DNA from: an uncultured Oceanicola sp.
GTDB lineage: Bacteria > Pseudomonadota > Alphaproteobacteria > Rhodobacterales > Rhodobacteraceae
DNA: 58,479 bases
Reading direction: 5' to 3'
NCBI GenBank assembly: GCA_964454145.1
Contig: CAYVQK010000001.1
Coordinates: 1-58,479 of the forward strand
Both the position numbers and the translations under genes were made by a program. The notes below the pieces were generated by a model. The model was not told the DNA's origin. It saw only the letters and a program-made list of their open reading frames with translations, and made no database searches. The stretch's first letter is position 1, and every line of letters begins with the position of its first letter. Below, piece by piece: positions 36,413 to 45,989 of this stretch.

Positions 36413-38158
36413 TCAGTCCAGCGCGGTGATCACCTCGACCACCGCCACCTCCCCATTCTTGACCCGCTCCACCGCCTCCCGCAAGGCGGCGGCCAGTGTC
36501 TCGGCGTCGTCGAGCGGCCCGGTGGCCCAGGCGCCGAAGCCCCGGGCGACGGAAACGAGGTCGGCATCGGGTTCGTGGGTGCGCTGGCCGATATGGGCAC
36601 GCCCCACGTCGCGGCCACGCTGGTGAGCCACCTCGCGCTGGTGCAATTCGTCATTGCCCCAGGAGCGGTTGTTCATGATCACCATGAGGAGCGGTGCGCC
36701 ATGGTGGGCCGCGGTCCAGAGCGCGCCCGGCGACATCATGAAGTCGCCGTCGCCGATGATCGCGACCGGCAGCGCGCCGGTGTCCTTGAGCGCGAGCGCC
36801 GCGCCGACCGCCGCACCGGGGCCATAGCCGACCCCGCCGCCGCCATCGCCGCCGAGGTAGTGGCCGCAGCCGGGGAAGTCCCAGTAGCCGTCGCGCCAGG
36901 AGCGGTGGTTGCGCACCACGAGCCGCCAGTCTTCGTCCTTCACCGCCTGGTAGACCTCATGGGTCAGCCGCTCCATCGACACGGGGCTCTCGCCCCAACG
37001 TGCCTTCAGCCTGGCGGCATTGGCCTCCTGCACCGCGGCGTGGCGCTCGGCCAGACGGGCGCGCCGGGCCTCCACCGCAGCGCCGCCGCCCAGCCGCTCG
37101 GCGGCTTCGGCCAGCGCCTCCAGCGCCACCAGCGGCGTGGCGGGAATCTGGCTGTCGAGCGGCGGGGTGGGGCCGCCGAAGCGGCTCCAGGAGTTTCCGA
37201 ACCAGTCGTTCAGCGAGACGTCGATCACATGGGCATCCGCCGCGCCGGCGCCGCTGCCCATGATCTGACTCCGCCCGGTGCCGTAGCCCCGGGTGGCGAG
37301 CGTCAGGTCGTGCACGTCGAGCGCGAGGATCACGTCGGCCTCGGCGCGGGCGCGCCTGTCGCCGTTCAGGTTCTGCGGATGCGCGGTGGGCAGGCAGGCG
37401 ATGCAGCGGTCGTCGAGATAGGCCGCGCCGGTTGCCTCCACAAGCCGCACCAGCGGCGCGGTCGCCCGCGGGTCGATCCCGAGACGCCCGCAGACGATGA
37501 GCGGCGCCTCGGCCTCCACCAGCCTGCGGGCCGCTTGCTCGATTGCGCCCGGATCGGGATGCACGTCGGGCGGCGGCGCGTAGCGGGGCAGGGCGGCGCC
37601 GGTGTCGCGCCGTCCCTCCAGCGGCTCCTCCTGCAGCCCTGCATCGAGCGACACGTAGACCGGGCCCGGCGGCCCGGTGCGCGCGATCCGCTCGGCGCGC
37701 AGCAGCGAATCCATCGCGCCCGCCAGCGTGGCGGGCTCGTCCGTCCACTTCACGTAGGAGCGCACCAGGTCGCCCTGGGTGTTGGCCGAATGCGCCCAGT
37801 CGATGAAGCGGCGCTTGTCCGGGTCGGCGGGGCCGGACCCGCCGAGGATCACCAGCGGGGTCTGGTCGCAGAAGGCGTTGAAGACCGACATCGAGCCGTT
37901 CATCAGCCCCACCAGGTTGTGCAGGATGGCATAGCCCGGCTTTCCCGAGGCCTTGGCATAGCCGTGCGCCATGGCCACGGCACTGGCCTCATGGGTGGAG
38001 AGCGCCATCTTGGGGTTTTCGTCGCCGAGGTAGTTCACGAGCGAATCGTGCAGTCCGCGAAAGCTGGAACCCGGGTTGATGAACACCCATTCCACTCCCC
38101 GGTCGCGCAGCGCCTGCGCCATCAGGTCCGATCCCCAGTCCATGGTTGGTTCTGCCAT
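36413..38158 (-). CDS. ThDP-dependent enzyme
   Basis: NPGSSFRGLHDSL, THE, GDGD..MNN; ATG at 38158 with SD GGGAGG. Confidence 0.9.
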   Translation of the reverse strand: MAEPTMDWGSDLMAQALRDRGVEWVFINPGSSFRGLHDSLVNYLGDENPKMALSTHEASAVAMAHGYAKASGKPGYAILHNLVGLMNGSMSVFNAFCDQTPLVILGGSGPADPDKRRFIDWAHSANTQGDLVRSYVKWTDEPATLAGAMDSLLRAERIARTGPPGPVYVSLDAGLQEEPLEGRRDTGAALPRYAPPPDVHPDPGAIEQAARRLVEAEAPLIVCGRLGIDPRATAPLVRLVEATGAAYLDDRCIACLPTAHPQNLNGDRRARAEADVILALDVHDLTLATRGYGTGRSQIMGSGAGAADAHVIDVSLNDWFGNSWSRFGGPTPPLDSQIPATPLVALEALAEAAERLGGGAAVEARRARLAERHAAVQEANAARLKARWGESPVSMERLTHEVYQAVKDEDWRLVVRNHRSWRDGYWDFPGCGHYLGGDGGGGVGYGPGAAVGAALALKDTGALPVAIIGDGDFMMSPGALWTAAHHGAPLLMVIMNNRSWGNDELHQREVAHQRGRDVGRAHIGQRTHEPDADLVSVARGFGAWATGPLDDAETLAAALREAVERVKNGEVAVVEVITALD

Positions 38159-38181
38159 GTCCCTCCCCCGTTGCACTGTTT

Positions 38182-38203
38182 CGTATTACGTAATACGTAA
38201 TAC
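38182..38203. promoter_or_regulatory. GntR-type operator in a divergent promoter
   Basis: Perfect 16-bp palindrome CGTATTACGTAATACG, which is also three tandem GTAWTAC heptamers. Confidence 0.7.
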
Positions 38204-38242
38204 AGGAAACGCTGCGAACGCAATCCCGAGGGAGGACATGAC

Positions 38243-39670
38243 ATGAACCATCTTGGCGATGCCTATATCGACGGAGCATGGCGACCGGCGCGCGGCCCGG
38301 CGCTGGAGGTTGTCGATCCGGCCACCGAACGGGCCTCCGCCACCATCACCTGTGCCTCGGAAGCGGATGTGGAGCAGGCCGTGCAGGCGGCGCGGCGGTC
38401 CTTTGCGGCCTGGTCCGCCACCCCGCCCGCCGAGCGGGCCGACGCGCTCGACAGGATCGTGGCCGAGTATGACCGCCGCACCGAGGAGCTTATCGAGGCG
38501 ATCACCGCCGAGATGGGCTCGCCACTGTCGTTCTCACGCAACGTGCAGGTGGTGATGCCGCGTGAGCGCTTCGTGACTGCCGCGCGGATTATCCGCGATT
38601 ACGCCTTCGAGGAGCGTGTCGGGACCTCGCTCGTGGTCCGCGAGCCCGTCGGTGTCTGCGCTTTCATCACGCCGTGGAACTGGCCGATCAACCAGGCCGC
38701 CTCGAAGATCGCCTATGGGCTGGCCGCCGGCTGCACGATGGTGTGGAAGCCCTCCGAAGTCTCGCCGCTCTCGGCCATCCTGCTGTCGGAGATTGTCGCC
38801 GCCGCGGGCCTGCCTGACGGGGTTTTCAACATGGTGCAGGGCGAGGGGCCCAGCGTGGGCGCGCAGCTCTCGACCCATCCCCAGGTCGACATGGTCAGCT
38901 TCACCGGCTCCACGCGCGGCGGCGTGGCGGTGGCCAAGGCCGCTGCCGACAGCGTGAAGCGCGTGCACCAGGAGCTGGGCGGCAAGTCGGCCAACCTGAT
39001 CCTGCCCTCTGCGGACTTCGAGGCAGCGGTGGCCGCGGGGACCAAGCTCTGCTTCCGCAATTCCGGCCAGTCCTGCCAGGCACCCACGCGGATGCTGGTG
39101 CAGCGCGACCGGATGGAGGAGGCCGCAGGGATCTCGAAGAAGGCCGCCGGGGAAATGAAGACCGGCGATCCGCGCCAGCAGGGCACCGACCTCGGCCCGC
39201 TGGTGAACGCGACCCAGTGGAACCGGGTGCAGAGCCTGATCCAGTCGGGCATCGACGCCGGCGCCCGGGTGGTGACCGGCGGCACCGGCAAGCCCGAGGG
39301 GCTGGAAACGGGCTACTACGTGCGCCCGACGGTCTTTGCGGATGTGACGAACGACATGGAGATCGCCCGCGAGGAAATCTTCGGGCCGGTCCTCTGCCTC
39401 ATCGCCTATGACGACATCGACGATGCCATCGCCATCGCCAATGACACCGACTACGGCCTCGCCACCTATATTTCGGCCACCGACCGCGACGAGCTGCTCC
39501 ACGCGGCCCGCGGCATCCGGGTGGGGCGCGCCTATCTCAACTACGCGCCCGCGAAAGGCGATGTGCCGTTTGGCGGCTTCCGCCGGTCGGGCAACGGGCG
39601 CGAGCAGGGGGTGCACGGGCTGGAGGATTTCACCGAGCTGAAGGCCGTGCTCGGCTACGCGGCCGGGTGA
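38243..39670 (+). CDS. Aldehyde dehydrogenase
   Basis: ITPWNWP, SFTGS, ELGGKS, GQSC, EEIFGPV, PFGG. Confidence 0.95.
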   Translation: MNHLGDAYIDGAWRPARGPALEVVDPATERASATITCASEADVEQAVQAARRSFAAWSATPPAERADALDRIVAEYDRRTEELIEAITAEMGSPLSFSRNVQVVMPRERFVTAARIIRDYAFEERVGTSLVVREPVGVCAFITPWNWPINQAASKIAYGLAAGCTMVWKPSEVSPLSAILLSEIVAAAGLPDGVFNMVQGEGPSVGAQLSTHPQVDMVSFTGSTRGGVAVAKAAADSVKRVHQELGGKSANLILPSADFEAAVAAGTKLCFRNSGQSCQAPTRMLVQRDRMEEAAGISKKAAGEMKTGDPRQQGTDLGPLVNATQWNRVQSLIQSGIDAGARVVTGGTGKPEGLETGYYVRPTVFADVTNDMEIAREEIFGPVLCLIAYDDIDDAIAIANDTDYGLATYISATDRDELLHAARGIRVGRAYLNYAPAKGDVPFGGFRRSGNGREQGVHGLEDFTELKAVLGYAAG

Positions 39671-39683
39671 GCAGGCCCGCCGC

Positions 39684-40478
39684 GTGAGCCTCTTCGGGCT
39701 GGACCTCTTCGCCGGCATCGCCCTCTGGCAGCTCGCCCTGCTTGCGGTTGTCTATGCCGGCGCCTTCTTCGTGAAGGGGGTGTTCGGCTATGGCTCGGTG
39801 CCCATCCTCATCGTCGCCGGCTCCGCGCTGGTGGAGCCGCACCACGCCGTGGTGCTCGCCGCGGTGACCAACCTCTTCACGCATGCGCAATATATCGGCG
39901 ACGGCTGGCGGCACGGGCGGCGCGGGCTGGTGGCGCGGGCGGCGATCTTCCTGCTGCCGGCCATCGCGGCGGGCGTCTGGGTGTTCTCGCGGCTCGAGGG
40001 CACCTCGCTCAGCATTCTCGCGGGGGCCATCATCCTGCTCTCCGTGCTGGCCGACGCCCGCGGCTGGATGAAGCCGCTCGAGCCCTGGGTTAGGGCCAAT
40101 CCGCGCCTCTGCGCCCCGCTCTTCGGCACCACGGCGGGGCTGATCGCGGGCATCATCGGGGCAGGCTCCATCGCCTTCATCTCGCTCTATGTCAGGATCT
40201 ACGAACACAGCCGACAGGGGTTTCGCGCCACCATCATCCTCGTCACCACCGTCATCCTCTTCTGGCGGACATCCGTGCTCACCTTTGCGGGCGAGATCAC
40301 CTGGACGGTGGCCGGAGAGGCGCTGTGCCTGATGCCGGGTGCGCTGCTCGCGGGGTGGCTGGGTGCGCGCTTTTCCAAGCGGCTCGGTGATGCCGCCTTT
40401 CTGCGGGCCTACCGCGGCGTGCTGATCCTCGGCGCGGCGCTGATGGTGTTGCGGGGCGTGCTGGCCGGTGCCGGCTAG
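39684..40478 (+). CDS. TauE/SafE-family exporter
   Basis: Eight-TM pattern, KGVFGYG, internal repeat with GIIGAG. Confidence 0.8.
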   Translation: MSLFGLDLFAGIALWQLALLAVVYAGAFFVKGVFGYGSVPILIVAGSALVEPHHAVVLAAVTNLFTHAQYIGDGWRHGRRGLVARAAIFLLPAIAAGVWVFSRLEGTSLSILAGAIILLSVLADARGWMKPLEPWVRANPRLCAPLFGTTAGLIAGIIGAGSIAFISLYVRIYEHSRQGFRATIILVTTVILFWRTSVLTFAGEITWTVAGEALCLMPGALLAGWLGARFSKRLGDAAFLRAYRGVLILGAALMVLRGVLAGAG

Positions 40479-41221
40479 CCACCCTGCACCGCCCGCCAGA
40501 GCAACGCCAGCGCGGTCCACGCCAGAACGCCCAGCACCAGCCGGTCGAACAGCTTCTGCGGCACGCGCCGGGCCAGGCGGTTGCCGGCCCATAGCCCCAG
40601 CGCGACCGCCGGCAGCCCGAGGACACCGGCGGTCAGCACCCCCTCGCCGAGCAGGCCGCGCAGCCCGAGGACCGGCACCTGGACCGCGGTGAAGGTGAAG
40701 AACATTGCCCCCGTGGCGAAGATGAACTCGGGCCGCGTGGGGCGTTGCGCGTGGAAGAAGGTGATCCCTATCGGGCCCGATATGCCGGTGAGCCCGTGCA
40801 GAAGCCCCGCCGCGAGACCCAGGGGCGCGGCACTGCGGCGAGCAGCGCTTGGGCCAAGGCGGATCTCCGGTGCCGAGAGCCGCAGCGCGATGTAGAGCGC
40901 CAGCAGGGCGGCCAGCCCGCCCTCCAGCAGCGCCTCGGGCACGGCGACCAGCATCCAGGTGCCTGCCGCGGTGCCAACGGCGCCTGCCGCGATGAAGGCC
41001 CAGACAACCCGCGCATCCTGCACAGCGTGCCGGAACTGCCAGAGCTGCACGAGGTTGGCCGCTGCCACCGGCAGGGCCACGATTGCCAGCGCCTTCGGCA
41101 GACCCACGAGCAGGGCGAGGCCGGGAATGGCGATCATCGGCAGACCGATCCCGAGGATTCCCTTCACCGCCGCGCCCATCGCCAGCAGCACGAAGGCCGC
41201 GAGTGCAACCTCTACGGTCAT
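40475..41221 (-). CDS. TauE/SafE-family exporter
   Basis: VKGILGIGLP, GLTGISGP. Confidence 0.85.
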   Translation of the reverse strand: MTVEVALAAFVLLAMGAAVKGILGIGLPMIAIPGLALLVGLPKALAIVALPVAAANLVQLWQFRHAVQDARVVWAFIAAGAVGTAAGTWMLVAVPEALLEGGLAALLALYIALRLSAPEIRLGPSAARRSAAPLGLAAGLLHGLTGISGPIGITFFHAQRPTRPEFIFATGAMFFTFTAVQVPVLGLRGLLGEGVLTAGVLGLPAVALGLWAGNRLARRVPQKLFDRLVLGVLAWTALALLWRAVQGG

Positions 41222-41485
41222 TTTTCAGGTGCCAGAGCTATGACAATGTTCACGGATTTGCGGCGCAATGCGGCGGATGCGAAGGAGTCGCGCGCGAATT
41301 TCAACAGGTTTTCGGCGGCCCTCTCAAATTGACCTTCGCAGTTGCAGTATAATTGTATCATTATGCTCAGAAATCCTCCGGAATGAACTATAGATAATTT
41401 GACAATCGGCGCAATCGAACTGTAACGTTTCGGTGCAATCGCGCCCATCCACTCCATGAAGCGGTGCGACAAAGGGAGGATTCAC

Positions 41486-42469
41486 ATGACCAAAATTCAC
41501 AAGCTGATGTCCGCGACCGCGCTCGCCGCAAGCCTTGCCGTCGCCGGCCCCGCCGCCGCACAGGATGCGCTGACCGAGGTGTCCATCGTGGTCTTCGGGC
41601 CGCCCTCGCTCGGGGCCTTCCTGCCGCCGATCATCGAGGCGCAGGGGTTCGACGAGGCCCACGGGCTCGACATCACCTTCGAGGAGCGCACCCCCGATGC
41701 CTACGCCGCCCAGTTCAACTCGGGCGAGTTCAAGGTGGGCGGTTCTGCGGCGCTGCTCACCGTCGGGCTCGCCGAGGCCCGCGGGGTCGAGGCGACCTAT
41801 CTCTTCAACCTGTTCGACTATTGGGGCGCCGTGGTGACCACCCGCGACGACGTGCAGTCACTTTCCGACCTGACCGGGAAGGATCTTGCCGCCGCCACCG
41901 GCACGACCAACTACCAGATGTTCCGCTGGCTCGCAGGGCAGCAGGGGGTCGATCTGTCGGGCGTCACCGCAGTCAACACCGCCCCCCCGGGCCTGGTGGG
42001 CTATGCGATGGCAGACCGCGCCGCCGCGGTGCAGCTCTGGGAGCCGGCCTTCACCTCGCTCTCGGCGCAGAACGAGGCCATCCGCTCGATCGACCTCAAC
42101 ATCAAGGGCGCATGGGAGGCCTTTGCGGGCTCCGAGCACATCCCCTATCTCGGCGTCGCCGCGCACCGGGACTGGGTCGCCGAGAACCCCGAGGCCGTCG
42201 AGGCGCTGTATGCCGCCTATTCCGACGCCGCGACCTTCGTGATGGAGAACCCGGAAGAGGCGGCGGCGATCATCGCGGGTGACGGCACCGAAGATGTGCG
42301 GACCAACTACACCACGCTGATCAAGGAAAACGATCGCCTCGGCCTCAACGTGGCATGGGCCGCCGACATGGCCGACGAGATCCGCAGCGTCTACGCCGTG
42401 GGCACCGAGATCGAGTACCTGCCGCAGATGCCCACCGATGCCACCATTCACGGGGCTGCCGGGCAATGA
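41486..42469 (+). CDS. ABC SBP (NMT1/SsuA/TauA-like)
   Basis: Signal peptide, LTGKDLA, LWEP; SD GGGAGG. Confidence 0.85.
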   Translation: MTKIHKLMSATALAASLAVAGPAAAQDALTEVSIVVFGPPSLGAFLPPIIEAQGFDEAHGLDITFEERTPDAYAAQFNSGEFKVGGSAALLTVGLAEARGVEATYLFNLFDYWGAVVTTRDDVQSLSDLTGKDLAAATGTTNYQMFRWLAGQQGVDLSGVTAVNTAPPGLVGYAMADRAAAVQLWEPAFTSLSAQNEAIRSIDLNIKGAWEAFAGSEHIPYLGVAAHRDWVAENPEAVEALYAAYSDAATFVMENPEEAAAIIAGDGTEDVRTNYTTLIKENDRLGLNVAWAADMADEIRSVYAVGTEIEYLPQMPTDATIHGAAGQ

Positions 42470-43272
42470 GCGACATATCGTCCGGACGGGGCGCCCTGTC
42501 CGATCCGATGACCGAAACCCTGCGGCGGGCCTTCTGGCTCGCCGCACCCTTCGTGCTGATCGCGGCGGCCTGGCAGTTTGCCTCGCTGTTCTTCCCGCCC
42601 TTCCTCTTTCCCTCTCTCGTCGATGTCTTCGCCCGGGTCTGGGAGATCCTCACCACCTGGTCGCAGTTCTCCTCGGTACTCGCCACCGCGATGCGCATTC
42701 TCGGCGGTCTCGCCGGTGCCTTCGTGCTGGGCACGGTGCTGGGCGTGGCGATCGCCAATTCGCGCGCGGCGGACCGGCTGCTGACGCCGACGCTGACCTT
42801 CTTCCAGGGTATCCCGGCGCTCTCCTGGGTGGTGTTCGCGATCATATGGTTCCACGGCATCGAGTTCCGCATCCTCTTCATCATGGTCATGACGACCCTG
42901 CCCGCCTTCACCTTCCAGGTCGTCGGCGCCCTGCGGGGGATGGACAAGGACCTGCTCGAGATGGTCATGAGCTTCCGGCCCTCGCGCTGGAAGTTCTTCA
43001 CCGCCATGGTCTTTCCGGCCGTGCTCCCCGAGGTGATCACCGCCTGGAAGGTGAACCTCGGCAATGCCTCCCGCGTCGTGGTGGTGGCAGAGCTCGTGGG
43101 CTCCTCCGGCGGGGTCGGCTACCAGCTTCTCCAGCAGCAGCAACTCTTCGACATGGCCGGTGCCCTTGCCTGGACATTGCAGCTCGTCTTCTTCGTGCTG
43201 CTGTTCCAGTGGGTTCTGTCGCAACTCGAGCGCATGGCCTTCCGCTATCGCGCCAAATCCGAACGCAGCTGA
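42466..43272 (+). CDS. ABC permease (SsuC/TauC-like)
   Basis: IPALSW, PAVLP, VVAELVG..GVGY. Confidence 0.9.
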   Translation: MSDISSGRGALSDPMTETLRRAFWLAAPFVLIAAAWQFASLFFPPFLFPSLVDVFARVWEILTTWSQFSSVLATAMRILGGLAGAFVLGTVLGVAIANSRAADRLLTPTLTFFQGIPALSWVVFAIIWFHGIEFRILFIMVMTTLPAFTFQVVGALRGMDKDLLEMVMSFRPSRWKFFTAMVFPAVLPEVITAWKVNLGNASRVVVVAELVGSSGGVGYQLLQQQQLFDMAGALAWTLQLVFFVLLFQWVLSQLERMAFRYRAKSERS

Positions 43273-43283
43273 GGAGGTGTGCA

Positions 43284-44081
43284 ATGATTTCCCGAAAGGC
43301 AGATACCATGCCCCTCTCCGATGACCTCCGCTATCGCGCGCCAGAGGGCGCCGAGGTCGAGATCGCCTTCCGAAACGTGACCAAGCGCTTCGGCGACCTC
43401 GTGGCGGTCGATGACCTTTCGCTCGACATTCACCGCGGCGAGCTGGTCGCGCTCCTAGGCAAGACGGGCTGTGGCAAGTCCACCATGTTCAACATGATCT
43501 CCGGCCTCATGAAGCCCACCTCGGGCGAGGTCGAGGTGATGGGGCTCTCGCCGTTCCGGGAGTTCGACAAGTTCCGCGGCAAGATGGCCATCGTGTTCCA
43601 GACCGACCGGCTGCTTCCCTGGCGCACTGCGGTGAAGAACGTCGAGTTCGGGCTCGAAACCCTGGGCCTGCCGCAGAAGGAGCGCACCGAGCGGGCGATG
43701 CATTGGCTCAGCGCGCTGGGGCTGAAGGGGCACGAGAACGACTACCCCCACGCCCTCTCGGGCGGCATGCGGCAGCGCGTGTCGATCAGCCGGGCCTTCG
43801 CCACCGATGCGCCGCTGCTGCTCTGCGACGAGCCCTTCTCGGCGCTCGACGAGATCACCTCGAAACGGCTGCGCACCGAGTTCGCGCGGCTGGTGCGCGA
43901 GAACGGCAAGACGGCGGTCTTCATCACCCATTCCATCGACGAGGCTTTCGACATCGGCGACAGGATCGTGGTGCTGAAGCGACCTGCGGAGATCGCGCAT
44001 GATCTGCATATGTCCGACCGGGTGAGCAGTGCCGAACGCGAGCTCATCCGCAAGACCATCCACGAGTCGCTGGCAGCCTGA
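43284..44081 (+). CDS. ABC ATPase (SsuB/TauB-like)
   Basis: [30 protein letters not shown]. Confidence 0.93.
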   Translation: MISRKADTMPLSDDLRYRAPEGAEVEIAFRNVTKRFGDLVAVDDLSLDIHRGELVALLGKTGCGKSTMFNMISGLMKPTSGEVEVMGLSPFREFDKFRGKMAIVFQTDRLLPWRTAVKNVEFGLETLGLPQKERTERAMHWLSALGLKGHENDYPHALSGGMRQRVSISRAFATDAPLLLCDEPFSALDEITSKRLRTEFARLVRENGKTAVFITHSIDEAFDIGDRIVVLKRPAEIAHDLHMSDRVSSAERELIRKTIHESLAA

Positions 44082-44104
44082 GGGCTGCCGCACATTGCAG
44101 CCCT
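44081..44104 (+). terminator. Hairpin immediately after the ATPase stop
   Basis: AGGGCTGC-N8-GCAGCCCT; no U-tract. Confidence 0.35.
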
Positions 44105-44358
44105 GCGGTGTCTCCATGGCCCATCAGGGCTCATGGGGCCACTGCCCGAACACGCGTTGCGCGCAGGGGCCATGCTCCTGCCGCACACGCCCCCGGCTCA
44201 ATCAAATCCATCAACGCGTTACACTTCTCCCACGTGCCCGTATCTGCGGCTGCCGGGGTGCGCCGAGGGCGGTATCGTGCGGTTTGACCGCACGTGCGGA
44301 AGGCCTTGGCTTGAAGGAGTCCGGCTCGCTACAGCCTCGGATCGGAGGCCATCTCAAG

Positions 44359-44386
44359 TCATGCCAAAGAGGCATATCTGAAAGGC
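44359..44386. promoter_or_regulatory. LysR-type box upstream of the CapA-Opp operon
   Basis: ATGCC-N5-GGCAT palindrome (T-N11-A) followed by ATCTGA; similar to 54754-54781. Confidence 0.65.
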
Positions 44387-44527
44387 AGTCAGGCCGTATG
44401 GTAATGCGCAGCGGAGCCCGTTAGCGTCCTCTCAAGACGGCGCGCCACCAGGGTAGGCGCCGAAGATCGGACCGAGCGACGGGGCCTCCGCCCCGCGCCC
44501 GGGGACCACCACGGGAGGCAAGGCGGA

Positions 44528-45895
44528 ATGACGGGCAAGAACGACTGGCGGGTGTCGTTGGCGGGCGAGTGCATGGTGAGCCGGCCCTTTGCGATGCATG
44601 ACGAGGCGGCATTCGTCGGCGTCTGGGATCTGCTGAAGGACAGTGACGTCGCCTATGGCCATCTCGAGATGAACTTCGCCGAGCTCGAAGAACTGAAGTG
44701 GCCTGCCCGCGGGCAGGGCATCGGCTCCTACATGATGGCCGAGCCCGAAGTCGCGCATGACCTCGCCTGGGCCGGGTTCGAGATCATGTCGACCGCCCAC
44801 AACCACAGCTTCGATTTCGGGGCGGAGGGGCTGGTGGCGACCAAGCGGCACATGAAGGCCGCGGGCATCGCCACCGCGGGCACCGGCACCGATCTCGAGC
44901 GCGCCACCGAGCCCGCCTTCGTCGAGACCAAGAAGGGCCGGGTTGCTCTTGTGGCCGCCTCCTCGGGGAACCAGCACTTCATGTGGGCCAACCTGCCGAA
45001 GGGCGGGCTGATGGCCCGGCCGGGGGTGAACCCCCAGCGCCTCACCTTCGAGTTCACCCTCGATCCCGAGACGATGGCCGGGGTGAAGCGCCTGGCGGAG
45101 AAGCTTAACATCGCCAAGCCCGCCAAGCACGGGCCGAAGGGCGCCTTCGGCCTGGCCATTCCCGGTGCGCAGCAGTGGGGCGACCCGGAGTGCTTCATCG
45201 AAGGCGAGAGCTGCGAGATCGTGTCGAAATGCGATCCGCGCGACCTTGCGCGGAACATGCGGGCGGTTGAGGAGGCGCGCTGCATGGCCGACCTCGTGAT
45301 CATGGCACATCACTTCTCCGTCTCCGACGGCCCGCGAGGCGACACCCCGCCGCGCTTCGTGGAGGAGTTCGCCCGGGCCTCCATCGACGCGGGCGCCGAT
45401 ATCTACGTGGGCCACGGCTGGCACCGCACGCTGGGCATCGAGATCTACAAGGGCAAGCCGATCATCTACGGCATCGGCAATTTCTGGGCCAACTCCGAGT
45501 TCCTGCAGCGGGTGCCCTACGACAGCTATGAGGCCTGGGGCCATGACATGAACGCCCTGCCGATGCTGCACCCGGCGCTGCATCCGCTGCACCCCGGGCT
45601 CGACCACTCGGGCGAAACCTGGTGGGGTTCCTGCCTGCTCCAGGCCGAGATGGAGGAGGGGGCACTCAGGCGGCTCGTGTTGCACCCGGTGGAGATGGGC
45701 CGGGAGCCCACGCCGGAGGCGCGACTGACTCGGCGGACCGGGTCGGGAGAACACCCGCTCACCGAGGGCCGCCCGATGCTGGCCGAGGGCGACGCCGCCA
45801 ACCGGATTCTCGAGCGTTATGCCCGGCTCTCGGCACCCTATGGCACCCGGATCGAGATCCGCGACGGCAAGGGCGTGGTGGAGCTCTGCGGCTGA
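44528..45895 (+). CDS. CapA/PGA_cap-family metallophosphatase-fold protein, apparently cytoplasmic
   Basis: AHNHSFDFG, DAGADIYVGHGWH, GIEIYKGKPIIYGIGNF; no signal peptide or TM anchor. Confidence 0.85.
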   Translation: MTGKNDWRVSLAGECMVSRPFAMHDEAAFVGVWDLLKDSDVAYGHLEMNFAELEELKWPARGQGIGSYMMAEPEVAHDLAWAGFEIMSTAHNHSFDFGAEGLVATKRHMKAAGIATAGTGTDLERATEPAFVETKKGRVALVAASSGNQHFMWANLPKGGLMARPGVNPQRLTFEFTLDPETMAGVKRLAEKLNIAKPAKHGPKGAFGLAIPGAQQWGDPECFIEGESCEIVSKCDPRDLARNMRAVEEARCMADLVIMAHHFSVSDGPRGDTPPRFVEEFARASIDAGADIYVGHGWHRTLGIEIYKGKPIIYGIGNFWANSEFLQRVPYDSYEAWGHDMNALPMLHPALHPLHPGLDHSGETWWGSCLLQAEMEEGALRRLVLHPVEMGREPTPEARLTRRTGSGEHPLTEGRPMLAEGDAANRILERYARLSAPYGTRIEIRDGKGVVELCG

Positions 45896-45989
45896 GGCCC
45901 CGCAGGCGGGGGAGGGAGGAGCTTCGCGTGACGCGGGCGAGACGGATGAACCGAAGGCACGGCTCCGCGCCGTGGGAGGGAGGACACAG

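Noticed and set aside
44528-45895. Poly-gamma-glutamate capsule locus
   Set aside because: There are no capB/capC/capE genes and the protein has no membrane anchor.
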